Positions 9,521 through 17,654 of a stretch of 32,000 bases of DNA are shown here, in pieces. Numbering within the stretch: the stretch's first letter is position 1; every line of letters starts with the position of its first letter. The notes under the pieces were generated by a model. The model made no database searches. It was not told where the DNA came from and was given only the letters and a program-made list of their open reading frames with translations. The DNA is taken from positions 2,280,001 to 2,312,000 of the forward strand of contig NC_003450.3 of the NCBI RefSeq assembly GCF_000011325.1, read 5' to 3'. Source of the stretch: Corynebacterium glutamicum ATCC 13032. GTDB taxonomy: Bacteria; Actinomycetota; Actinomycetes; Mycobacteriales; Mycobacteriaceae. Position numbers and translations under genes: made by a program.

Positions 9521-11086
9521 CTATCCTTCTTCCGTAGTAAGGGGAAGTTTATTGTTGAGCTTTTCTGTCAAAGCAGCGCGAACTTCTTCGCGGTCATCAA
9601 AATGGTGGGTGACACCAGCAACTAGTTGTCCAACTTCATGGCCTTTTCCAGCTACTACAATGCCATCTCCAGGCTGTGCCCACTCGACCAAAACGCGAAT
9701 TGCTTCTGCACGGTCACCAATTTCTAGGACTTCCACCGGTCGTTCGGACTCTGAAGCACCCTGCTGTGCTCCTGCAGTGACTGCTGCGCGAATCGTGGCA
9801 GGCACCTCTGAACGAGGGTTGTCATCAGTGACAATAACTAGATCAGCACGCTGTGCGGACAACTGCCCCATGGGGCCACGCTTGGTGGAATCGCGGTCTC
9901 CACCAGCACCGATAACCACTCCGAGGCGCCCGTCAATCTGGGTCCTCAACGTATCCAACACAGCAGCCACTGCAGCAGGCTTGTGGGCATAATCCACCAC
10001 TGCAAGGAAGTCTTGTCCCTCATCAATGCGTTCCATACGGCCTGGAACCGCGACCTTGGACATGCCTCGAGCAAACGCTTCGCCATCAACACCCACGCGT
10101 GCCGCAGCGGCAAATGCCAACGTGGCGTTAGCAACGTTGAACGCACCTGGAAGAGCTAGCTCGACCTGGTAGGACTGGTTTGAGGGGGCGTTGATCTTAA
10201 AACTCTGGGCGCCAGAGTCGCTGACATTGATGTCTGTAGCGCTGAAGTCTGCTTCTTGCCCAAGGGTGGATACTGTTTGCACATCCGCTGCCACGCTGGC
10301 CATGCGCTGACCCCAAGAATCATCCACGCACACGACCTGTTTGTCAGCCACAAGTGGAGAATCTGCGCGGAAGAACAATGCCTTCGCGTCAAAGTAATCA
10401 TCCATGGTGGGGTGGAAATCAAGGTGATCCTGCGACAGGTTGGTAAACGCAGCTACATCAAAGTGGGAACCCGCAACTCTGCCCAATGACAATGCATGGC
10501 TGGATACTTCCATCACCACGTGGGTGACACCGTGATCGCGCATTCGAGCAAACAATGCCTGCAGAGTCGGCGCTTCTGGAGTGGTGAGCTTTGTGGGTAC
10601 TTCTTCCCCGTCAATACGTGTACCTGTGGTGCCGATCAAACCAACTTTGTGGCCTGCCTCCATGAGTCCTTTTTCCAAGAGGTAGCTGGTGGTGGTTTTA
10701 CCTGAGGTTCCAGTGACTCCAATGAGCGTGAAATCTTTTGAAGGATCGCCATAAATGCTTGATGATGCTGCGCCAAGTACTGCGCGGACATCATCAACAA
10801 CGATGACTGGGCGGGTCTCTCCTGCTTCGTTGAGCACCTCAAGTCCAGCTGCGTCAGTCAAAATGGCCACAGCTTTCGCAGCGTTATCCGTACCTGCAAA
10901 CTGTGCGCCGTGAGTGCGGGTTCCTGGAACTGCAGCAAAAATAGCGTCCGAGGTAGGTAAGCTGGAGGAGTCAAGACCAATAGCCGCGATTGCTTGTTCC
11001 CCTACTGCGTGAGCGGGAACGCCCTGGGCAGAGCCCTTGAGGATGCCATCGATAAGTTTGGTGAGGTCCAGCAACGTGGTTGCCAT
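9521..11086 (-). CDS. murE: UDP-N-acetylmuramoyl-L-alanyl-D-glutamate--2,6-diaminopimelate ligase MurE
   Basis: A 521 aa Mur ligase with the GTSGKTTTS P-loop and the DNPR motif (VTDDNPRSE) typical of meso-DAP-adding MurE. A strong GGAGGAGAG Shine-Dalgarno sequence precedes the ATG at 11086. Confidence 0.95.
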   Translation of the reverse strand: MATTLLDLTKLIDGILKGSAQGVPAHAVGEQAIAAIGLDSSSLPTSDAIFAAVPGTRTHGAQFAGTDNAAKAVAILTDAAGLEVLNEAGETRPVIVVDDVRAVLGAASSSIYGDPSKDFTLIGVTGTSGKTTTSYLLEKGLMEAGHKVGLIGTTGTRIDGEEVPTKLTTPEAPTLQALFARMRDHGVTHVVMEVSSHALSLGRVAGSHFDVAAFTNLSQDHLDFHPTMDDYFDAKALFFRADSPLVADKQVVCVDDSWGQRMASVAADVQTVSTLGQEADFSATDINVSDSGAQSFKINAPSNQSYQVELALPGAFNVANATLAFAAAARVGVDGEAFARGMSKVAVPGRMERIDEGQDFLAVVDYAHKPAAVAAVLDTLRTQIDGRLGVVIGAGGDRDSTKRGPMGQLSAQRADLVIVTDDNPRSEVPATIRAAVTAGAQQGASESERPVEVLEIGDRAEAIRVLVEWAQPGDGIVVAGKGHEVGQLVAGVTHHFDDREEVRAALTEKLNNKLPLTTEEG

Positions 11087-11209
11087 GGTTTTCTCTCCTC
11101 CACAGGTTTCTAGGTGTTAATAATTCGGACGCGGCACGTGGGTGATGCCGAAAAGAGTTCAAACAAAAGTTCAGATTATGAAATTCTACAAAAGACACTT
11201 CTGTTTGAG

Positions 11210-13324
11210 TTATTGAGCTTGAAGGATGATCGGTTCGGTGGCTGCAGACAGTGGGATGTTGTCGCGGTTGAGCAACCAGGTGGCGATGTCTTTGAACAAA
11301 GGTGCTGCGGTTTGGCCGCCACCACCGTGGACTCCGCGTTCTGGCTCATCAAGCATGATGGCTACAACAAATCGAGGATCATCAGCGGGTGCAATACCCG
11401 CGAAGGTAATCCAGTATTGCGAGTTAGAGTACGCGCCCGTGTTGGGGTCAACTTTCTGCGCCGTACCTGTCTTACCTGAGATTTGATAACCCTCAATGGA
11501 GGCGTCTGGAGCGGTACCTTGTTGCACTCCAGTTGGATCAACCTGGGTGACAGACCTAAACATATCCACCGTGGTGCGGGCAGCTTCAGCGCTGACAACC
11601 TGGATTTTATCGGGTTCTGGCTGCTCTAGGACTGTTCCGTCAGAATCAGTCACGCTCTTGATGATCCGCGGTTGAATGCGTTCACCATCGTTGGCCAAGG
11701 CTTGGTAGATTCCAGCCATTTGCAACGTGGTGATCGACATACCCTGACCGATGGGCAGGTTAGCAAAAGTACCGCCAGACCACTGCTCACGTGCGGGCAG
11801 CAGGCCTTGGGATTCGCTCGGAAGCTCAATACCCGTTGGCTGTCCCACACCGAATCGTTCCAGGTAATCAGCAAATTTATCTTCACCAAGACGCTGCGCA
11901 AGCATCAGAGTGCCTACATTCGAGGACTTACCAAAAATTCCTGCAGTGGTGTAGGGAACGACACCGTGGTCCCACGCATCACCGACAGAAACACCGGCCA
12001 TTTCAATACTGCCCGGTACCTGCAACACTTCATCTGGAGTAGTCAAGCCCTCTTGAATTACGCCTGCTGCAGTAATCACCTTGGCTACAGAACCAGGCTC
12101 GAAGGGGTGGGTGACAGAAGGATTGTCAAAGCTCTTGCCCTGCTCAATCTGCTTTCCCGTGTCTTCGTTGGGGTTGATGGTATCGGTGTTTGCCATCGCC
12201 AAAACCTCAGCGGTCTTGGCATCAAGAACCACAGCGGAGGCGTTTTCTGCACCGGAGTTAGCTTTCGCCTGCTCCAATGCCTGCTGCACATAGGTTTGCA
12301 GATCCAGATCAACGGTGAGTTCAACGCTGGCACCATCAATGGCTGGAATTTGATCCCTCAACGTGCCCGGGATTGCTTGTCCCAAAATGGACATGTCCTG
12401 GGTTGAGCGACCGTTGTTTCCTGCCAACAGGGAATCGTTGGAAGCCTCAAAGCCGAACTGGCCTTCGCCGTCCATGCTGATTCGACCGATGATGTTTTCA
12501 CCAATCGCGCCGTTTGGGTATTGGCGGATGTCTTGATGATCAGCTGCGACGCTGGGCATCTCATCGGTGATTTCTGACGCTACATCGGGATCAACATTGC
12601 GGACGAGCACCTCATACTGGCTATCAGCATTGAGCTTGTCCAGGATCTCCTCAGAGGAAATTCCAGTGACATCTTGGTCATGGGATTTGATGATCTCAGG
12701 GATCCGATCCGCAATGCTTTGAATGCGCTCTTCTACCTTGTCGGACAGAATGGTTTCGCGCTGTTCTTCAGACGCAAAAACATACGCGTTGCCTTCTTCG
12801 ATGGTCACATAGCTGGCCACGTTTTCCGGATCGGTTTCTTCAGCCGCCAAACGCAAGGCCAAATCAGTTCCGGTCTTTAATTCCTCACGCATGATGTTCG
12901 GAGAAACCGTCAGCGAACGTGCCTGCATCGTGTACGCCATCTGGTTTCCTTCGCGGTCCACGATGCTTCCACGACGTGCAGGATCTACGTACACGCGGGT
13001 GCGCTGTTCCGAAGCATTGAGGGACAGTTCTGGTCCCCAGACAACTTGGACCCAGCCGAGGCGAATGATCAGTACGCCAGCGATGACCAATGCGATAGCG
13101 GTAACCATGTTCACACGTCGCTTGCGTGCGCCGCCCTGGGTTGAAGATTTAGGCCGGTAGGTCACTCCTTCTTCTTGGTTTACGCCTTTAGCTTTACCGC
13201 TGCGTCGCGTAAGTTCGCGCTCTCTAGCGGCTCTTCTGCTTTCGTCCTGATACGCCGAACGGCGGGACGTATCTTCACGTCCCGCACGCTCGCCCCGACT
13301 TCTGCCATTGCTGGGGAAAGTCAC
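11210..13324 (-). CDS. ftsI: Division-specific class B penicillin-binding protein FtsI (transpeptidase)
   Basis: Transpeptidase motifs SVAK (SxxK), SSN (SxN) and KTGTA (KTG) are present, with a single TM helix (VTAIALVIAGVLIIRLGWV) after a basic N-terminal tail. The maximal ORF (704 aa) begins at a GTG that overlaps the upstream gene's TGA as GTGA. A shorter form from GTG near 13165 (651 aa) is possible. Confidence 0.92.
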   Translation of the reverse strand: MTFPSNGRSRGERAGREDTSRRSAYQDESRRAARERELTRRSGKAKGVNQEEGVTYRPKSSTQGGARKRRVNMVTAIALVIAGVLIIRLGWVQVVWGPELSLNASEQRTRVYVDPARRGSIVDREGNQMAYTMQARSLTVSPNIMREELKTGTDLALRLAAEETDPENVASYVTIEEGNAYVFASEEQRETILSDKVEERIQSIADRIPEIIKSHDQDVTGISSEEILDKLNADSQYEVLVRNVDPDVASEITDEMPSVAADHQDIRQYPNGAIGENIIGRISMDGEGQFGFEASNDSLLAGNNGRSTQDMSILGQAIPGTLRDQIPAIDGASVELTVDLDLQTYVQQALEQAKANSGAENASAVVLDAKTAEVLAMANTDTINPNEDTGKQIEQGKSFDNPSVTHPFEPGSVAKVITAAGVIQEGLTTPDEVLQVPGSIEMAGVSVGDAWDHGVVPYTTAGIFGKSSNVGTLMLAQRLGEDKFADYLERFGVGQPTGIELPSESQGLLPAREQWSGGTFANLPIGQGMSITTLQMAGIYQALANDGERIQPRIIKSVTDSDGTVLEQPEPDKIQVVSAEAARTTVDMFRSVTQVDPTGVQQGTAPDASIEGYQISGKTGTAQKVDPNTGAYSNSQYWITFAGIAPADDPRFVVAIMLDEPERGVHGGGGQTAAPLFKDIATWLLNRDNIPLSAATEPIILQAQ

Positions 13325-14118
13325 TGCCCTGCGCCACCTGCTTGTCCGGTGGTTGCAGCATAAGGAACAGTGTTGGTCTGATACGGCGGAGCTGCTGCTT
13401 CTTGTGGAATCGCCTGGAGGTTTTCAGTCACTGCGTTAGTCTCGTCAGGGTTGCTTGATGCCCGATTTGGTCGGGTCTGTTGTCCATTGATGTCAACTAT
13501 AGGGCGTGTCTCTGGATTTGCTTCGCGCTCCTCCACAACATCACCGTTTTCCTGCACTGCGAGCACGCCAGGTTCCACTGGGGATACCAAGCCCATCTCC
13601 GTAGCATTCGCTGCCAAGGTTGCTGCTGAGCGAGCATCTTCCACATCTCGGTTGAGCGACTCAATGCGATTGCTCAAATCCGTTTCAGTTGCCTGAAGTT
13701 CCTGCAACTGGAAAGTCTGCTGTGTAGACGTTCCGGACAGACCCATGGTCGCGCCAACACCAACGCACAGCAGGATAACCACCAGCACAGACAGCTGGAT
13801 CACCTTAGGATCAGCACGTTTTGCCTCAACGCGGCGACCACGCACCGACATAACCTGCTGAGAGCCCAGCTTGTGCTGCATCAAACGCTTACGCGTTGGT
13901 TGCACGCCAGGGTTCACTAGGGCCCGGGTTGTGTGGCGCCTTTCCGGCGCCATGTCACGACGAGGTTGCGTGCTTATCGACGCGCCCCTCCCCGAAGCTT
14001 CCGCTGTGGAGAAATCCCTACTCACCGAGACGCGACGGCCATACCGTGGATCAGCGTCAGCGACACGTCGATCGCGAATCTTTCCCGACTCTGTGCGGGA
14101 GCCATTTGTCATGGTCAT
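13321..14118 (-). CDS. ftsL: FtsL-like bitopic division protein (basic N-tail, one TM helix, coiled-coil, Pro/Gln/Thr-rich C-tail)
   Basis: A 265 aa ORF in the canonical ftsL slot between rsmH and ftsI. It has the TM helix [21 protein letters not shown], followed immediately by a heptad-like segment, [32 protein letters not shown]. Its ATG overlaps the rsmH TGA as ATGA. The assignment rests on position and architecture, not on recognisable sequence identity. Confidence 0.6.
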   Translation of the reverse strand: MTMTNGSRTESGKIRDRRVADADPRYGRRVSVSRDFSTAEASGRGASISTQPRRDMAPERRHTTRALVNPGVQPTRKRLMQHKLGSQQVMSVRGRRVEAKRADPKVIQLSVLVVILLCVGVGATMGLSGTSTQQTFQLQELQATETDLSNRIESLNRDVEDARSAATLAANATEMGLVSPVEPGVLAVQENGDVVEEREANPETRPIVDINGQQTRPNRASSNPDETNAVTENLQAIPQEAAAPPYQTNTVPYAATTGQAGGAGQ

Positions 14119-15128
14119 GAGAGGTCTCCTGAGTTGTTGCCGATTCTTTCGATTGCGCGCACCTTCACAGGTGCGGCACGTGGGTTTTCTTCAATTTCAG
14201 CTTCCGAAGCCGTTTCAGCACCGCGAGTAACCTGCTTAAACTGTGGTGCAGTTCCAGGAAGATCAACAGGCAAGCCCGGAGGGGTCTTAGAGGTGGTCAG
14301 ATCCGTGAAGAACTTCTTCACCAGCTTGTCCTCATGAGACTGGTAGCTCATAAACACTGCACGTCCCCCAACATTGAGGGCGTCAGTGATTTGAGGAAGC
14401 ACATTCTTCAGGGAATCAAGCTCGTTGTTCACCTCAACGCGCAACGCCTGGAAAGTACGTTTCGCGGGGTGTCCACCGGTTCGGCGGGTCGCTGCAGGGA
14501 TGGCGTCGTACAGAAGCTCCACCAAACGAGCAGAGGTAGTGAACGGCTCTTTTTCACGTTCTTTCAGCACCGCAGAAGCAATCTTGCCGGCGAAGCGTTC
14601 ATCGCCGTAAGTCTTCAAGATTCGAGCGATGTCACCATGCGAATAAGTGTTGAGGATATCTGCAGCCGTAATACCCTGAGTTGCATCCATGCGCATGTCC
14701 AGAGGCGCGTCCGTGCGGTAGGCAAAGCCACGCTCCACCTGATCAAGCTGCATCGAGGAGACACCCAGATCAAACAGAGCGCCAGCGATACCGTGCTCGC
14801 GAGCTAAATCAATGATGTCGCCCTCGACAGATTCCAACACCTCGCGGAGTCCGTCGAAACGCGTCTGGACGCCAATGAACCGCTCCCCGAAAGGAGCAAG
14901 TCGCGCGCGAGCATCCCGCAACGCATTTTGGTCACGATCAAGGCCAATCAGGCGCGCTTTGGGGAACGTGTTCAGGAAGAACTCCGCATGCCCGCCTGCG
15001 CCAAGGGTTGCGTCAACAATGACAGCGTTTTCTCCCAATGCTTCCACGTGTTCGGCGATCAAAGCCGCCATACGATCACGCATTACGGGAACGTGTCCGT
15101 GGTTGCCATCCAAGGAAAAATCTTCCAT
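14115..15128 (-). CDS. rsmH: 16S rRNA (cytosine1402-N4)-methyltransferase RsmH (MraW)
   Basis: A 337 aa ORF with the HVPVM start region and the SAM-binding [11 protein letters not shown] motif. It is the second gene of the dcw cluster. Confidence 0.95.
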   Translation of the reverse strand: MEDFSLDGNHGHVPVMRDRMAALIAEHVEALGENAVIVDATLGAGGHAEFFLNTFPKARLIGLDRDQNALRDARARLAPFGERFIGVQTRFDGLREVLESVEGDIIDLAREHGIAGALFDLGVSSMQLDQVERGFAYRTDAPLDMRMDATQGITAADILNTYSHGDIARILKTYGDERFAGKIASAVLKEREKEPFTTSARLVELLYDAIPAATRRTGGHPAKRTFQALRVEVNNELDSLKNVLPQITDALNVGGRAVFMSYQSHEDKLVKKFFTDLTTSKTPPGLPVDLPGTAPQFKQVTRGAETASEAEIEENPRAAPVKVRAIERIGNNSGDLS

Positions 15129-15192
15129 GTGCGTGTTCCCCCCTTTTCCTGCCGGCCTAGATGTCCAATGTCTTGTACTTATGTTTGTGGAT

Positions 15193-15234
15193 AAAAAAAC
15201 TGCGCGACAATGTCATAGCCACATATCACGCAGT
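15193..15234 (-). terminator. Candidate intrinsic terminator or attenuator between mraZ and rsmH
   Basis: On the minus strand the sequence is ACTGCG-TGAT-ATGT-GGCTATG-ACAT-TGT-CGCAGT followed by TTTTTTT (plus-strand A-run 15193-15199). The stem is interrupted (6+4 bp) and only moderately strong. It sits inside a 245 bp mraZ-rsmH spacer. Confidence 0.3.
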
Positions 15235-15373
15235 CCGTTTTCCACAAATCACGGAGTGCGTACAGGGCCCCACTCGAAAAGTCTCGATCTGATGTCGGGG
15301 AAGTACACCAGAGCCACTCCTCGAGCAGAGTCCATACACGCGCTCCCTGCCATTTCGAAGCATTGCCCAACTA

Positions 15374-15805
15374 TCAGAGCAATCCTCCAAGGACGTCATC
15401 TTCAGCTGCTGAGAAGGCAGCCTCCGTCTCTTCCTGATACGCGGCCCAGGCTTGAGCGTCCCAAATCTCCAGAAAATCCACCGAACCGATAACGACACAC
15501 TCTTTTGTCAGCCCCGCATATGTGCGGTGCGCTGCCGAAAGGGTGATGCGCCCCTGGCCGTCGGGTCGTTGTTCATCCGCGCTTGCTGCAAGGTTTCGGA
15601 TAAACGCACGAGCCTCAGGGTTTGTCCTAGAAACTGCAGCTGCCTTGCGAGCCCTTGCTGCAAATTCTTCCTTCGGATAAACCGCGAGACTGTGGTCTTG
15701 ACCTTTAGTGACCATCAATCCCCCCGCAAGGTCCTCACGGAACTTTGCTGGAAGAGTCAGCCTGCCTTTGTCATCGAGTTTCGGGGTATAGGTACCAAGG
15801 AACAT
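15374..15805 (-). CDS. mraZ: Transcriptional regulator MraZ
   Basis: A 143 aa ORF with the two diagnostic DxxxR half-domains ([10 protein letters not shown] and [10 protein letters not shown]). It is the first gene of the dcw cluster. Confidence 0.95.
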   Translation of the reverse strand: MFLGTYTPKLDDKGRLTLPAKFREDLAGGLMVTKGQDHSLAVYPKEEFAARARKAAAVSRTNPEARAFIRNLAASADEQRPDGQGRITLSAAHRTYAGLTKECVVIGSVDFLEIWDAQAWAAYQEETEAAFSAAEDDVLGGLL

Positions 15806-15916
15806 CCTTGAAGTCCCCTTCCCAGCAACTCAGTGGCATAAACAGAACCAACCATTCAGTTTGTCTCTGAGGGTGCGTAGTGGCCTCTCATGCAAGACCA
15901 CCGCGCACCGCTGCAG

Positions 15917-15980
15917 CCCACAATACCCCACTTTCCCCCACCTGAATCAAGTGTTAGGTTCACTTTCCCCCACTTTCCCA
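15917..15980 (-). promoter_or_regulatory. Candidate MraZ operator overlapping a candidate mraZ promoter
   Basis: The minus strand reads GTGGG-GGAAA-GTGGG-GTATT-GTGGG (plus-strand CCCAC at 15917, 15927 and 15937). That is three direct repeats at exactly 10 bp spacing, 112-136 bp upstream of the mraZ ATG. A further tandem TGGGAAAGTGGGGGAAAGTG lies at 15961-15980. A TATTGT -10-like hexamer (15920-15925, minus strand) sits in a repeat spacer. Confidence 0.45.
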
Positions 15981-16220
15981 ATATCCATGCAGGTCACCCA
16001 CACAAAAACAAAGTGGGGCAAATTTCGTGTCGCCCCCTTATTTTTTCACGCCCCCCATGTCATACCCACTCAAATCGCGGTTTTGAGCAACTTCACCAAC
16101 TTTCTCTTGTTACCCAAAACCATCGATCTTGCAGGGGAAATGGCAGGTAAAATCTGAAGAACTCTTAAGGTTCCCAACGAACTCTCAGGATTCCACATCG
16201 GCCAGAATCGGCGGCTCTTC

Positions 16221-16263
16221 AAGTGGGGGAAGGTGGGGAGTCTCGGTGGGAGAAAGTGGGGAG
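16221..16263 (+). promoter_or_regulatory. Second GTGGG repeat array, in the opposite orientation
   Basis: The plus strand reads AAGTGGGGGAAGGTGGGGAGTCTCGGTGGGAGAAAGTGGGGAG. GTGGG starts at 16223, 16233, 16246 and 16256 (spacings 10, 13 and 10 bp). Function is unknown; it could be a distal MraZ site or a G-quadruplex-prone tract. Confidence 0.35.
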
Positions 16264-16404
16264 TGTGAATTGAAGGCTTTCAGCTCCGAGGGAACCCAGT
16301 CGCCACCTCTACTAGCCCGGTCCCCCAATAGCTAATTCCTAGCCCGCCGCGGAAGAAGAATTCCCACCCATCCCCGTACCCACTTCATACATGCCCAATT
16401 CATG

Positions 16405-16453
16405 CCAAAAAATAACGGCGAGGGGCGACAGCTTAGATAGCTGTTGCCCCTCG
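16405..16453 (-). terminator. Rho-independent terminator downstream of the DUF3040 gene
   Basis: A 15 bp inverted repeat, CGAGGGGCGACAGCT (16419-16433) / AGCTGTTGCCCCTCG (16439-16453), with one mismatch and a 5 nt loop. On the minus strand it is followed by TTATTTTTT (plus-strand A-run 16407-16414). It lies about 60 nt after the stop at 16510. Confidence 0.6.
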
Positions 16454-16509
16454 CACGTTTACTCCTGGGCGCTACCAGGAGTGAGAAGACTTATTCAGTT
16501 ACTTCTTAC

Positions 16510-16899
16510 TTATTGCCCTCGAATCGTCGACGGAAGTTTTCTTCCATTTTGTCCCCAATGGTGGAATTGCCCTGTTGGCGATTCTTCGCATTGGAAGTGC
16601 GGGATGTGACGGAGATTTTGTTGGAGCCGCCCCCCGCGCAGCATCCACACTCCCGATCCGAACATGACTAAGAATCCGATAATTCCGAGCGCAACGAACC
16701 ACAATGTTTGCTGGCTTAATGCGACGCCGGCAACAAGAAGGACAAGTCCGAGTACGAAAAGTGCGATTCCCCGAAGGGTAAACCCACCGCCTGCTAGGCC
16801 ATTGTTACTTGCAACCGCTTTTCCAAATTTCGGATCATCTGCCATGAGCGCTTGCTCAATTTCGCGCAGTGCGCGTTGCTCCTGCTCTGAAAGCGACAC
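16510..16899 (-). CDS. DUF3040-family small membrane protein (Rv2169c-like)
   Basis: A 129 aa ORF. The N-terminus MSLSEQEQRALREIEQALMADDPKF is the hallmark DUF3040 opening, and two TM helices follow. The GTG start is preceded by GGGAGGA. Confidence 0.8.
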   Translation of the reverse strand: MSLSEQEQRALREIEQALMADDPKFGKAVASNNGLAGGGFTLRGIALFVLGLVLLVAGVALSQQTLWFVALGIIGFLVMFGSGVWMLRGGRLQQNLRHIPHFQCEESPTGQFHHWGQNGRKLPSTIRGQ

Positions 16900-17228
16900 G
16901 ATGTCCTCCCGGTGGTTAGTAGAGACATTTTTTCTTCTATGCCTTATTAACGCCCAGAATATCCAGAATGTTCCCCGTTATGCCAATAACGACAAAAACG
17001 AGGGGGATACCCCGGCCGATCATGGTGGATCTTTTTGACACACACTCCCCTCTAGGCGCCCGTCAGTTGAGACGAATTTGTTAAAACAGCAGGTTAAACA
17101 GCACTTTTTCACGATTGTTACGAATCCAAAACAGTCTGGTTAACTACCCCCGTTCTGCCGCAAACGAAGGTTTATAAGACAAAGATCACATGTCGGCGCG
17201 GGCGTTAAAAAATAGGATTACGCAGCAC

Positions 17229-17654
17229 CTATGCAGCATCCACGCTTGGACTAAAGCCGTGTTGCGCCTCCTCCAGGAACAGGGCAACTCGAGCCATAAA
17301 GCGATCTAAGTCCGCCGCAGAAAGGGTGATATCCAGCCCACTGCTTGCTCTTGATCTAATGGTGGAGAATTGGGAAAGTTCAGCCGCCCACTCCGCTGCC
17401 TCATCTCCCACCAATTGGAGCTGATCCCAAGCACTCTTAGGCTTCCGCTTTCTGGCAGCTACGTCGCTTCCCGCCACCACCGCACCGGCCGTTCGGAGAG
17501 CGGATTGATAGGACATCTCTAGAGCCAGCAGAAGATCACCTTCGCCGCGGTAGGTATGTGCCTGCTCTAAAAGGATGTGCGCCTTGGAGAAAAACTGGGC
17601 CCTTTTTCCTCCCACTCTCTCAAACCTCGTTGTTGCTGAAATTACGTCACCCAT
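17229..17654 (-). CDS. Small all-helical cytoplasmic protein, probably a SAV_6107-type HEPN-domain protein
   Basis: A 141 aa ORF with an ATG preceded by GGAGAGGAAG. It is Ala/Leu/Glu-rich and predicted helical. The family call comes from recall that such genes sit next to DUF3040 genes in Actinobacteria. I found no canonical Rx4-6H HEPN nuclease motif by eye. Confidence 0.55.
   Translation of the reverse strand: MGDVISATTRFERVGGKRAQFFSKAHILLEQAHTYRGEGDLLLALEMSYQSALRTAGAVVAGSDVAARKRKPKSAWDQLQLVGDEAAEWAAELSQFSTIRSRASSGLDITLSAADLDRFMARVALFLEEAQHGFSPSVDAA

Noticed and set aside
11087-11209. The 123 bp ftsI-murE spacer, searched for a terminator or repeat
   Set aside because: It holds only a 5 bp stem (CGGCA...TGCCG) without a U-tract and a short direct TGAAC repeat. 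Neither is sufficient to call a feature. A strong Shine-Dalgarno sequence for murE is present.
11672-12406. A 244 aa plus-strand ORF opposite ftsI, plus many 60-130 aa ORFs opposite ftsW, murD, mraY, murF and murE
   Set aside because: They lie entirely within well-supported minus-strand genes. They have no motifs and an odd composition, so I treat them as frame shadows.
14812-15492. A 226 aa plus-strand ORF spanning the rsmH 5' end, the spacer and the mraZ 3' end
   Set aside because: It is antisense to two well-supported genes, and its product is low-complexity and Ser/Pro/Arg-rich. There is no support for it as a gene.
15861-16335. Plus-strand ORFs of 98, 86 and 68 aa in the mraZ upstream region
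   Set aside because: Their Pro/His/Gly-rich translations are driven by the C-run/G-run repeats. They overlap one another and have no convincing start context. I treat the region as non-coding, although an RNA product cannot be excluded (see findings).
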